Of a stretch of DNA of 46,450 nucleotides, positions 37,501 through 45,737 are shown piece after piece. Position numbers and translations under genes: made by a program. Location of the stretch: the UHGV virus genome UHGV-1965195. One strand, 5' to 3'. The notes beneath the pieces were generated by a model that was not told where the DNA came from, did no database searches, and worked only from the letters and a program-made list of their open reading frames with translations. This DNA comes from a virus. Within the stretch, counting starts at the first letter, position 1; each line of letters begins with the position of its first letter.

Positions 37501-38717
37501 ATAAAATCAACTGCTGTGTCTACCATTTCTGGGGCATGGGATGCTGCTTCTACTGCAAGATTTGCAAATTCATCACCTGCTGTCTGTATTGCTTCATTCA
37601 GACCACCGTTGTTGAAAGAATCTGTAATATTGTTGATGCTTTCTGTTGCTGTATTTGCTGCATTTTTCAGATTGTCTGCAACACTGTTATAAAACGCCAG
37701 ACCCAATGTTTCTGCTGATCCACTGAGCTGCTCCAACGCACCAGGTAGATTGTCCTGCATTGTTTCTGCTGCCTCTTGGGCTGCCCCATCACAGTTCTTA
37801 TAAGCATTTGTCAGCTCTCCAAGAGATCCCTCTCCCTCGTTAATCAATGCAAGCATACCGGACAATGCTTCTTGTCCATACAGGGTGACCAGATAATTGT
37901 TTTTCTGCTCGTCCGTCATCCCTTCTGTTGCCTGTCTGAGCATTCCAACCTGTTCCGTCAGGGATTTCATTTTCCCGTTGGAATCGTAGAAGGAAATTCC
38001 AAGTTCATCCATAGCCTCAGACATGTCTTTCGTTGGCTTTGAAAGCCGTGATAACGCTCCTCTTAAAGAAGTACCAGCCTGACTGCCATTCACTCCGGCA
38101 TTCGCCATGATTCCGATTGCCGCTGCTGTCTCTTCCAAACTAAGTCCTGCTGCCCTTGCAAGAGGAGCTATATACTTCATTGCCTCTCCGGTATCTGCTA
38201 CAGAGGAATTCGTACGGTTTGCATTCGCCGCCAGAACATCCGCAACGTGTGCTGCATCGGATGCCGCCAGTCCAAATCCTCTTAACGTTGATGCTGCAAT
38301 ATCCGAACTGCTCGCCAGATCTTCACCGGATGCCGCTGCCAGATTTAAAAGTCCCGGCATTGCATTCATGATCTCGGATGTGGTAAAACCAGCTGCTGCC
38401 AGATTCTCCATTCCCTCTGCTGCCTGACTAGCAGAAAATGAGGTATCAGCACCTAACTGCATTGCCTGTGCCTTTAATTGCTCGAATTCTTCTCCTGTTG
38501 CTCCGGAGATAGCCTTAACTCTAGACATCTGAGATTCAAAATCAGAACCCACCTTGATTGCCGCTGCTGCGACTCCACCAAGTGCTGCTGCCGTTCCCGT
38601 GATCGCTACCGTTGCCGCTTTCATCCCTTTTGCTGCTATACTCCCAAGTTTGGAAAGTCCTTTTTCTATCCCGGAAGAATCCAGATCTGTTTCAATTACA
38701 ACTTTTCCATCTGCCAT
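34500..38717 (-). CDS. Tail tape measure protein (TP901-family)
   Basis: 1405 aa. Ala/Gly-rich and helical. N-terminal region (GADTSFSASQAAEGMENLAAAGF...) typical of TP901-family tape measure proteins. GAGGTGGTGAG precedes the start. Confidence 0.85.
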   Translation of the reverse strand: MADGKVVIETDLDSSGIEKGLSKLGSIAAKGMKAATVAITGTAAALGGVAAAAIKVGSDFESQMSRVKAISGATGEEFEQLKAQAMQLGADTSFSASQAAEGMENLAAAGFTTSEIMNAMPGLLNLAAASGEDLASSSDIAASTLRGFGLAASDAAHVADVLAANANRTNSSVADTGEAMKYIAPLARAAGLSLEETAAAIGIMANAGVNGSQAGTSLRGALSRLSKPTKDMSEAMDELGISFYDSNGKMKSLTEQVGMLRQATEGMTDEQKNNYLVTLYGQEALSGMLALINEGEGSLGELTNAYKNCDGAAQEAAETMQDNLPGALEQLSGSAETLGLAFYNSVADNLKNAANTATESINNITDSFNNGGLNEAIQTAGDEFANLAVEAASHAPEMVDTAVDFIEAFASGIASNKGRILGAAGEVAESMASGLAELLPSKLQEPVEDAIDAVAESLSDGGLREAGETVVDTLSNVVDAVGNLADKALPPLTKALDFAGENLDLIAASATAAFTAFKGYKVVNETTSILKKGVKTWKTASAAVDAYYAAQLLAMESGVATNATLTAGQAVVGMFTGKVNLATKAQTLWNVAMKANPIGLVISAVAALAAGLGVYALTQKEAESATDKANKKLAEQAEAIRETQAARQDEVAGIQTQFGYYQQLWDELQGIVDQNGKIKERYEERAAFITSTLSEALGVEIETTDGVIQKYGELTQSIDEVIRKKKAEAILLAYEDDFNEAVKKQAEAEDELARAYNDYIEVRKRAKQATDELREAESSMTAEQAAGSFEIMRLQQAQMEANEELEKAKKAFDDAKIAYDEYTAVIANYEAAMGAAEAGTANMEAAIKALTDGLIRSTGENEAELSKQVQTWQQKYEEMRLAAEDGNSGITQTMVDGSRAMWLMAQIEYEKGTTNNTAQIEAWQNEINQLLGNSGNPEAAAQEAKETTEAAANAVQEGKEPVKQATKDAIEGGVSEGAAEADTSTVPAQKGREAADSTANSVNSGKTAINEAAKSAVNEINTGASTTDTTTVPSSKGSEATQSLIDALHANSNAVLTAAASLGGQIPQGLNGMDMLSATAGFGNNVGFGLSSSLSGQAPVVQAAASGLENAALSGLSSANVSGQAQAMGSQIANALANGIVGGSGSVNAAASTLGGNAAVALSNVKLSEKGKQEGKKLGDGLKSGIDSGKKNAESSSKSLGDGAVSGLKGVGMKSEAYDQGLNFSYGLANGISAGSSAAISAAIAVASSALAAAKRELDERSPSKKTREFGQFFSKGLALGIKDEEKSVVKSSRNISNAALESIDLSAVSARMREVMAFNASRVANRPATSVMQYKMDNAEIRKLQQQNQAIMSAVAGLSDLAKRPIEVSTTLNGRELIKETAAPMLTEQQRITDFKKLLKGERT

Positions 38718-38797
38718 TTACTCACCACCTCATGTTAAAAATTTGTATAAAAAGAGCACCTACCATTTCTGATAGATGCTCTGATTACTGTATTTAA

Positions 38798-38995
38798 TTA
38801 TGCACACTTTTCTTCTTGCAAGCACTGTTCTATTAAGAGTATTACACGCTCTGTAAAACCTCTGGTTTTCTCTGTTGCACTGTTCAGAACAGAACTCCTC
38901 CAGTCCTCATACTCTTGCTGTGTTAATTTCCTTGTTTCTCCCACGATCTCAGCAAGTTCCGGGATGTGATCTTCAATCAACTGTCTCTCTGTCAT
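38798..38995 (-). CDS. Hypothetical small protein immediately upstream of the tape measure gene
   Basis: Start at MTERQLIEDH... (65 aa). Acidic. Confidence 0.35.
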   Translation of the reverse strand: MTERQLIEDHIPELAEIVGETRKLTQQEYEDWRSSVLNSATEKTRGFTERVILLIEQCLQEEKCA

Positions 38996-38996
38996 G

Positions 38997-39419
38997 CTAC
39001 GCCACCTCACTACTTGCCAACTTCTTAGCAAACCGTTCTACAAGTTCCAAATGCTCTTCGTTTTCCATATTCCCTACAATCTTCACAATGGATTTCTTAC
39101 GATCACACTGCTCTGTATCTGGAAGTCTGTCACGTTTATCCAAATACCTGTATAAGATTGCTGTGATCTGACGTTTTGTGGCATAATCGCTAGAATTCAA
39201 CTGCGATAATAATTGAAGTAACTGATCGTTTCGTAATTCCTTATCCCTACTTACTTTTAATGCTCTCTGTCCTTGTATATATCCAAACTTGGACGCTGAA
39301 CAAATCTTATCGTACTTATCCGGTGCATTATTCTGCAAATCAAATAACTGCATTACTGTCAAATCGAATGACTGTGGAATTGATAAGTTTTCTCTCTTAA
39401 TTTTTTCATATAAATTCAT
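38997..39419 (-). CDS. Hypothetical protein
   Basis: Start at MNLYEKIKR... with AGGAGGTG upstream. 141 aa. Confidence 0.4.
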   Translation of the reverse strand: MNLYEKIKRENLSIPQSFDLTVMQLFDLQNNAPDKYDKICSASKFGYIQGQRALKVSRDKELRNDQLLQLLSQLNSSDYATKRQITAILYRYLDKRDRLPDTEQCDRKKSIVKIVGNMENEEHLELVERFAKKLASSEVA

Positions 39420-39420
39420 C

Positions 39421-40239
39421 TTACGCCACCTCCTGATATACAACTTTGCATTTATTTGTATTACCATTTGATAACCGATGCTCAATGAGTGTGGGATACC
39501 CATTTTCCTCCAGCCATTCTTTTACTTTCTGGAAAACAGAATCTTTATATTGAACAGTAACGCCGTCATGTCCATTCCTGCTATAAGCTGTCTTTACAAT
39601 TTCGTCCTCTGAAACATCCAACTTCTGAATGATAGCACTTACTGCCTTATCGTGTGGTCTGCCACTTTCCGATAAAATACCAAACTCTTTCGCCATCGTA
39701 GTACAATCCCACAAGACCGGAACTTCTGAAATCAGCGGCACTTTCACTGGATACCCGTTGTCTGAATAAATACGGATAATTTCAGCAGCTATGTACTTAG
39801 AGTCTACTCCTGCATCATTGAGAGCACCTTTGATGTTCTTTACCATCTGATTGACGGATGGGAGTTTTTCTTTGTGAGTAGGTTTCTTCTTTGGCATTTC
39901 GTAAGAACCTGTCTTGCGGAGTGTTGGAAGAACTTCATCTGTGACCCAATCTGTAAACTTTTCAGCATCTGGTTTACGACTCTTAAATACTAACTTGTAC
40001 ACTCCACTTTCTGTAAGGAAATTCTCACCTGCGTTATTCAATTTTCGGAAGTCGGTTAAACCGACATCTGAATTTTTCACCTTAATAACTTGCTTTTTAT
40101 TCATTTTACTCATGTGGTCTTTGACTGTGCTCATTGCCATATCTAAGCACGCTCCAACATGATAAGGATTGAATAAAATTTCTCCATTCAATTCAAATAC
40201 TTCTACTTCGTGTCCTTCAAAAATCATCAACTCATTCAT
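39421..40239 (-). CDS. Bro-N domain protein (phage antirepressor-like)
   Basis: N-terminus MNELMIFEGHEVEVFELNGEILFNPYHVGACLDM...SGVYKLVFKSRKPDAEKFTDWVTDEVLPTLRKTG is a textbook Bro-N domain. Confidence 0.7.
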   Translation of the reverse strand: MNELMIFEGHEVEVFELNGEILFNPYHVGACLDMAMSTVKDHMSKMNKKQVIKVKNSDVGLTDFRKLNNAGENFLTESGVYKLVFKSRKPDAEKFTDWVTDEVLPTLRKTGSYEMPKKKPTHKEKLPSVNQMVKNIKGALNDAGVDSKYIAAEIIRIYSDNGYPVKVPLISEVPVLWDCTTMAKEFGILSESGRPHDKAVSAIIQKLDVSEDEIVKTAYSRNGHDGVTVQYKDSVFQKVKEWLEENGYPTLIEHRLSNGNTNKCKVVYQEVA

Positions 40240-40356
40240 ACTATCATTCTCCTTTTAAATTTTCTTTGCAAGGAGCTTCCATCTATGATAGAATATTTCA
40301 TAGAGGAAGTTCCTCGTGTGATATAGAAGTTGCAATCTATGGTAGGGGCGCAACTT

Positions 40357-40539
40357 CTATTTTTTTAGTTCTTCGTCGATTTTTTCATTAAGCCATTCTG
40401 ATTTTGTCTTTTGCTGCTCAGATAATTTTTGCTCAAATTTCAACATTTTTTTCTTATCTACAGCTACACTAAATGTCTTCTGTGTTTCCCTTCTGGCTTT
40501 CATGTAATCGGCTCTGCTTTTCTCCGCGATTGTTCTCAC
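40357..40539 (-). CDS. Small basic protein, possible autoregulated DNA-binding protein. Start uncertain (GTG, or internal ATG at MKARRE).
   Basis: 60-aa ORF. Its upstream region carries two copies of the TTACGCGTAA-type palindrome flanking an AT-rich -10-like sequence (40549-40600). Confidence 0.3.
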   Translation of the reverse strand: MRTIAEKSRADYMKARRETQKTFSVAVDKKKMLKFEQKLSEQQKTKSEWLNEKIDEELKK

Positions 40540-40812
40540 CTCTTTTCGTTACGCGTTACATATAATATATTACTGTTACGCGTAATTGTCAAGAGGTTTC
40601 TCAAAATTTTTCCACCCTACCTTATGGAATTAAAATAAGACACAGCATTTCGCCATGTCTTTCTGTTCTTTCCAGGGAGATCAGGAGCATACCCTGAAAG
40701 GACTTCTCCCCGATATTCAATTAACTTCATTTATGTTCTCCTTAAAATTGGGTATAAGAAAACCACCTACTTATGCAGGTGGCACCGTTCGTATTTTGTA
40801 TTTCATAAACTA

Positions 40813-41364
40813 CTATGATGTTTTTGGAGTTATACTAAATAACGGACTCGGAAAAGATACTTGCTTAATTTTGTAATCACCTATTTCTAACTCCGTAATT
40901 TCATTTGACACCATACTGGCTATCTGCTCTATTTCATCATCAGAAAACTTAAATTCTGACAGATATACAATTCCTGTAAGCAATTCTGCATATTCATCAA
41001 GTTCCCCTTCTCCTACCGATAAGTATAACCTCTTCAATTTTTCTTTATCCAGATCATATGTAAAGGCTAATTCCACTCCAGTAGCACTGTTGTACGATAC
41101 AGTGAAAATATTTTCATCCACTTTCGCATCCTTAAGTTGAAGTTCCGGACTCTCGACAACACCTGCTCTCAGCATATTTTCTGGCAACTGCGTAGTTACA
41201 ATCTCCGCAATATTGCTTGTAATCTCTGCTTGATTATCGAGTCTTTCTTTTTCCAATCCATTTGTTTGCTTAATATTTTCAGTGCCTTCTTTCTTATTGC
41301 TACATCCAACTGCTAAACTGCAAGACATACAAATAAGCAATAGAGCACAAAGTATTCTATTCAT
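40813..41364 (-). CDS. Lipoprotein
   Basis: Signal peptide with lipobox MNRILCALLLICMSCSLAVGC-S. 183 aa. Confidence 0.55.
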   Translation of the reverse strand: MNRILCALLLICMSCSLAVGCSNKKEGTENIKQTNGLEKERLDNQAEITSNIAEIVTTQLPENMLRAGVVESPELQLKDAKVDENIFTVSYNSATGVELAFTYDLDKEKLKRLYLSVGEGELDEYAELLTGIVYLSEFKFSDDEIEQIASMVSNEITELEIGDYKIKQVSFPSPLFSITPKTS

Positions 41365-41524
41365 AATTTTTCTCCTGTATTTTATATTGCATCATTATGT
41401 GTAAAGGCGGATAATTCGTATCTTACTTCTGCGAAAAAATCTGACTGGGGAATTTTCCCCAGTGAAAGTTGTTTGCAATATCTACGAATATCTTTTATCA
41501 AGTCATTGTGTGCTTTTTCTATAC

Positions 41525-42943
41525 TTACTGTGCAACGATCTGCGCTCTGCTTAATTTTAAATACTGTCCATCCTGTACTGTCAAATACACTTCTCCTTCG
41601 AAGTTGTCATTTGCAATTATCGTTCCTAAATCTCCTGTTGAGTTAGCGGTAACTTCATAATAGCCGCCATTCGCAGCTGATACTTTATACTCTCCTGCCG
41701 GAATATCTTTTCCTACAAGATACATTCCATCTGGATATGTACCATTAACCGGAGTGAATGCAGCCGCCTCACTGACGGGAACTGCCGTTCCGTCAAACTG
41801 GAAATACTGTCCGTCTTGTACTGTAACATAGGCTCTATTCCTATAATTGTCATTGCTGATGATTGATTCCAAACTTCCGCTGGAATCGGCTGTCACTGCA
41901 TAATAGCCGCCAGAAGATGTGATAAGATATTCTCCCGCCGGCATGTCTGTACCTATTTTGTACATTCCGGTTTGATATCCTGTCTGAATAGCTGATGGAT
42001 TTTCCAACTCTTCTGTTAAATCTTCATAATCACTTTTTGCTTTGCTTCGGATCTCTCCATTCAAGATATCTGCAAATTCTTGTATTTCCTCTTCTGAATA
42101 TTTGTCATTCAAACGGAGCAAAACATTTTCAGATACAATCCGGTATGCGAAACTATCAAGAGAAAGAATGTCCAATGATTCTAAATAATCAACTCTTGCC
42201 ACAGCAGCATCCCTACTATCGAAAATTTCTATTGTTCCGCTTAATGGTTCTTCTTTTGAGTATTCCTCTTCTATTCTTGAATCAGCAAAATTTCCTTTTT
42301 CTATATATTCGTGATTTGAACCATTCGGATCGGTTTCATCCGTATAAATAATATCATATTCTATCGGTATTCCTGCATCCTTCAATTCTTCTAATATACT
42401 CTTTACGTTAACAATTTTCGCTGATTGCAAAATTAGTTCCATGTCACGTTCGTAGTTTTTTTCGCTTTTTTCATCAATTCCAAATATGAAATCGCCAAGT
42501 TCTAATGTAAATACATGTCCAACATAATGGCGCTCATTTTCATAAAAAGAAATATCCGCAACTTTAGCTTTTATATCACCATAACTTTCATCATATATGC
42601 GCTTTATCGCAAACGGATAGAGTGAACCAGTTATTTCTGTTATATGACTCTTGTATGCATCATCATCCAATTTATCTATATCATTTTTGTTATATAATAC
42701 TTTTAAATAGACATCGTCCGACTTAAAACATCGAACCTGTTCCTCTTCCCCAAAACTTTCTATTGTAGACTCATTCCAATTTGATGGAACTTGAAACTTC
42801 ATATCTTTAATTTGTACAGAAATATTTGAAGATTCATCAAAATCAACGCTCTCCACCTCACCAGCATCTTTCTTCTCCCCGCATCCTGTCAGCATCCCCA
42901 CACAAAGAACTGCTGCCAGCAAGACACTTAGTACTCTCTTCAT
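41525..42943 (-). CDS. Lipoprotein with a duplicated about 65-aa C-terminal domain. Candidate superinfection-exclusion protein.
   Basis: Signal peptide with lipobox MKRVLSVLLAAVLCVGMLTGC-G. C-terminal tandem repeat G[MY]Y.[IV]G.D[MI]PAGEY......GGYY.VTA.S.G.L..II.NDN.....Y.TVQDGQY. 472 aa. Confidence 0.55.
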   Translation of the reverse strand: MKRVLSVLLAAVLCVGMLTGCGEKKDAGEVESVDFDESSNISVQIKDMKFQVPSNWNESTIESFGEEEQVRCFKSDDVYLKVLYNKNDIDKLDDDAYKSHITEITGSLYPFAIKRIYDESYGDIKAKVADISFYENERHYVGHVFTLELGDFIFGIDEKSEKNYERDMELILQSAKIVNVKSILEELKDAGIPIEYDIIYTDETDPNGSNHEYIEKGNFADSRIEEEYSKEEPLSGTIEIFDSRDAAVARVDYLESLDILSLDSFAYRIVSENVLLRLNDKYSEEEIQEFADILNGEIRSKAKSDYEDLTEELENPSAIQTGYQTGMYKIGTDMPAGEYLITSSGGYYAVTADSSGSLESIISNDNYRNRAYVTVQDGQYFQFDGTAVPVSEAAAFTPVNGTYPDGMYLVGKDIPAGEYKVSAANGGYYEVTANSTGDLGTIIANDNFEGEVYLTVQDGQYLKLSRAQIVAQ

Positions 42944-43086
42944 AACCTTCCTCCTACCCTATATGCTTTACCACATACTCATTATACCGTGAGGACTGTG
43001 GAATCGCAAGGATGGAATATGGTGGAGAGATCGCCACCTCATGCTTTATTTCATGATAACGTGGTAATCTCATCACTACGTTTAAA

Positions 43087-43120
43087 ATAAAATACCGCCG
43101 GACATCCAGCGGTTAAATCA
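43087..43120 (-). terminator. Rho-independent terminator downstream of the repeat-containing segment
   Basis: Minus-strand RNA ACCGC-UGGAUGUCCG-GCGGU followed by AUUUUAUUUU. Confidence 0.5.
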
Positions 43121-43363
43121 TTCATATTCAAGGATAAGAAGATATTCGGTGGGTGTGCCCCTTCCCACATTTCTTTTGACCACTTGGGTGCGTAGCAGCA
43201 CAATCTCTACTTCAAATATCTTGTCATATTTCTTTACAAAGCAAGAAGTTATCCGGCAGGCGTCGCCTCTCCTGCATCTCTTTTGACCACTTGGGTGCGT
43301 GGTTGCAACGAATTTTACCACCTCGAATAACTTCCTGCTTATTGTATTCAAATTATACAACAT
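43118..43363 (-). CDS. 81-aa ORF of doubtful coding status. Contains two 22-bp direct repeats whose conservation is at the nucleotide level.
   Basis: ATG immediately follows the upstream stop. The repeat tcttttgaccacttgggtgcgt occurs at 43172-43193 and 43279-43300 (107 bp apart, hence in different frames). Followed by a terminator. Confidence 0.3.
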   Translation of the reverse strand: MLYNLNTISRKLFEVVKFVATTHPSGQKRCRRGDACRITSCFVKKYDKIFEVEIVLLRTQVVKRNVGRGTPTEYLLILEYE

Positions 43364-43774
43364 CTATTCCTTTTTGTAAAGAATTGTTTTGTTCCTCAAA
43401 TAGTTTTGCAGTCTTTTTTCACTAATCTCCCAACATGAAATTACTGAATTTTTATAATTCGGATCATCATTTGAAGTACATATTCTCAATACCATTTGAG
43501 CATATTCATTTCCTGTTTTGATCTTCTTTACAACTAACCCCGTATTTTTATGCTTATCCTTTATAATAAGATCCGGTTCCTGTATAATATCTGACAAATA
43601 ATCAATCACTTCTTTATAGGCCTCAGGGTGCCTATCCAATATATGTTGCATTTGATTCTCTGTAATAATGACATCATCTGTAACAATATCTTCTGTGATA
43701 CACCTATAAATATTACGATTTATTTTTCCTACTAAATGCACTTCAACAGCCTCTTTCGTCTTGAATACATTCAT
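43364..43774 (-). CDS. Hypothetical protein (136 aa) with a conserved-looking QMQHILDRHPEAY motif. Candidate toxin or nuclease-like accessory protein.
   Basis: No family recognised. Sits in the accessory island between the Bro-N gene and the repeat element. Confidence 0.4.
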   Translation of the reverse strand: MNVFKTKEAVEVHLVGKINRNIYRCITEDIVTDDVIITENQMQHILDRHPEAYKEVIDYLSDIIQEPDLIIKDKHKNTGLVVKKIKTGNEYAQMVLRICTSNDDPNYKNSVISCWEISEKRLQNYLRNKTILYKKE

Positions 43775-43854
43775 TATATCAGAATTTAGGGTTTACGCAA
43801 TATTCTTTTCTACGGCAGGTAATAATCTGAGTAGCGCCGAATTTTCGGCTCTAT

Positions 43855-44574
43855 TCAAAACTCTTCCGCCATCTTCCTTACTTCCCGATAAATCTCTTTA
43901 TACGGAATTTTCTTATCCATCAGTTTCCGAATTTTCATCTTAACCAATGTTTCTAGCGATTTTAACTCTAAAAGTGTTTCTTGTGAGATATCATCACGTT
44001 GACCGCCATGCAATCCAACTTTGCTATTTATCAATTTTGTAAAGATCATGTAGTATAGATCTGCATTCTTACTTCCCTGCTCTTTTGCATACTCCACAAA
44101 GAGTTTAATCTGGTCTGTTTCATATCGTCTTGCTTGCTTAGATTCATTGCGAACTCCAAGCCACTTGTTATCTTTTTCAGAAGCTATGTAATAGCCATTC
44201 TTTTTAATTGATTGAATAATGTCGTACACCCAATCAAAGTATTGGTCAGCTACCTCTGTTGTTGACCACCTTATTACATCTAAAATGCCTCTTTCGTCAT
44301 ACATAAAAATACTTGTCTTCTTTCCTAAATCTCTTGGCCTCGGGGACAAATTGTCACCCACCACTTCTACATAGCGTTGCTGTAATTTTTCGTAATGTCT
44401 TAAATGAATTTTCTTTATCGCATCTTGTGGATTTTTATACTGTAGCGCATATCCAATCTGTGTTCTGCTCATATAGATGTTGTTTTCCTCATCTACATAA
44501 AAATCACATCTAGTCCCTAAAAATTCTCCATGTTTCACAAGTTTTAGTTTCATACTATTTCGTATCCTTTCCAC
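43855..44574 (-). CDS. Bro-N / KilA-N-like domain protein (antirepressor-like)
   Basis: N-terminus KLKLVKHGEFLGTRCDFYVDEENNIYMSRTQIGYALQYKNPQDAIKKIH...ERGILDVIRWSTTEVADQYFDWVYDIIQSIKKNGYY fits the Bro-N pattern. 239 aa. Confidence 0.5.
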   Translation of the reverse strand: MERIRNSMKLKLVKHGEFLGTRCDFYVDEENNIYMSRTQIGYALQYKNPQDAIKKIHLRHYEKLQQRYVEVVGDNLSPRPRDLGKKTSIFMYDERGILDVIRWSTTEVADQYFDWVYDIIQSIKKNGYYIASEKDNKWLGVRNESKQARRYETDQIKLFVEYAKEQGSKNADLYYMIFTKLINSKVGLHGGQRDDISQETLLELKSLETLVKMKIRKLMDKKIPYKEIYREVRKMAEEF

Positions 44575-44714
44575 TTAAATTTTTACATTGATGATAAATC
44601 CAAGCAAAAATAGAGCGGAATTTTCCGCTGCACTTATTATGGACTCTATATATGTGGACTCCTCAAAATTTAGGAGTCGAAATTCAATACTCTCTGCTGA
44701 CTAGCAATTTCAAG

Positions 44715-44748
44715 TATCAAAATAAGGTGCGGCACTTCGCCACACCTT
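44715..44748 (-). terminator. Rho-independent terminator after the tail-chaperone genes
   Basis: Minus-strand RNA AAGGUG-UGGCGAAGUGCCG-CACCUU followed by AUUUUGAUACUU. A second palindrome AGCGGAAttTTCCGCT at 44609-44624 is followed by CUAUUUUUGC on the minus strand. Confidence 0.45.
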
Positions 44749-44760
44749 TACACACACTCT

Positions 44761-45387
44761 CTACGTTCGTACGTTTTTCGTACGAAGCAATTCACTCACA
44801 TCGCCGCCATTGAGAAGCGCATCTTCAATCTGTCTTGTCCGATCATCCATAGCGGGTGCCTGTTCCAGACCGTAATACTTCTGCATTGCCCGGTAGAACT
44901 CCCTCTCCTCTTTTGAGAGGTTCTTATTCGACACGTCCATTGTACGGTACTCAATGACCTTTGACAGCCTGGTATCTTCTCCCAGATTCTCCAGAAGCAG
45001 CATAAACTTCCACCAGTGCATCTCTTCTGCCTGCAAGTCAATTCCGTACTGCTGGATGAAACCGGCATAGATCAGTCCCGCATCCTCTTGAAAGTCAAAC
45101 GGTTGCTTATCATTGACCCCTGCGATCTTCCGCGGGAATTTCTTCTTTGACTGCTCCTTGCCACAGGAAAAGAACCAAAACATCTGATCCACATGTTCTT
45201 CCGTGAAATAATCACAATCCCTGTAAAACAACAGCAGCACTTTCAGTAAAGAATCTCCCGTCAATTCTTCTACGCTTTCTATGATTTCATTGCATTTTAA
45301 AACGGTGCGGAAGTCCCAATTTACAGACCACTCCGCACCATTCACGATCAAAAACTCTGGAAATTTTTCTATTAAGAGATTCATCAT
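44761..45387 (-). CDS. Tail assembly chaperone (phage Gp15-family)
   Basis: 208 aa. Motifs WDFRTVLKCNEII, LIYAGFIQQYGIDLQAEEMHWWKFMLLLENLGEDTRLSKVIEYR match my recollection of the Gp15 family. Second gene after the major tail protein. ATGA-coupled to the upstream chaperone gene. Confidence 0.55.
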   Translation of the reverse strand: MMNLLIEKFPEFLIVNGAEWSVNWDFRTVLKCNEIIESVEELTGDSLLKVLLLFYRDCDYFTEEHVDQMFWFFSCGKEQSKKKFPRKIAGVNDKQPFDFQEDAGLIYAGFIQQYGIDLQAEEMHWWKFMLLLENLGEDTRLSKVIEYRTMDVSNKNLSKEEREFYRAMQKYYGLEQAPAMDDRTRQIEDALLNGGDVSELLRTKNVRT

Positions 45388-45737
45388 TTTTCTACAGGAT
45401 CATTTTCCATTGATAACATTTTCAATCTTCCCATGATCTCGTTGTACTGATTATCCTGTCTGATCTGCTCTGTGACCAACTGCTCATAAACTGCCATGCA
45501 AGTAAGCAGGTCATTTCCTTTTCCGCATACACAATCACCCGTACCCTCTCCAAATACAACATCAAACATCTGCTTCACTCTGCCACACAGAAATCTATTC
45601 TGCTCCAGTTCTGTTCCTTCTGGCAGCTCTTCTGCAACATGCTTCATCTTCTCTAACTCAGCTCTATATCGTTCTTTCAACTCTGGATTCTCCAGATCAT
45701 ACAGGTTGAATTCCAATTCTACTCCATTGATAATCAT
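45384..45737 (-). CDS. Tail assembly chaperone (gpG-like)
   Basis: 117-aa acidic protein directly downstream of the major tail protein gene. Confidence 0.5.
   Translation of the reverse strand: MIINGVELEFNLYDLENPELKERYRAELEKMKHVAEELPEGTELEQNRFLCGRVKQMFDVVFGEGTGDCVCGKGNDLLTCMAVYEQLVTEQIRQDNQYNEIMGRLKMLSMENDPVEK

Noticed and set aside
34711-38772. Many short ORFs on both strands within the tape measure gene
   Set aside because: All lie inside the 1405-aa tape measure CDS, whose frame is unambiguous. The Ala/Gly-rich GC-skewed sequence yields open alternative frames.
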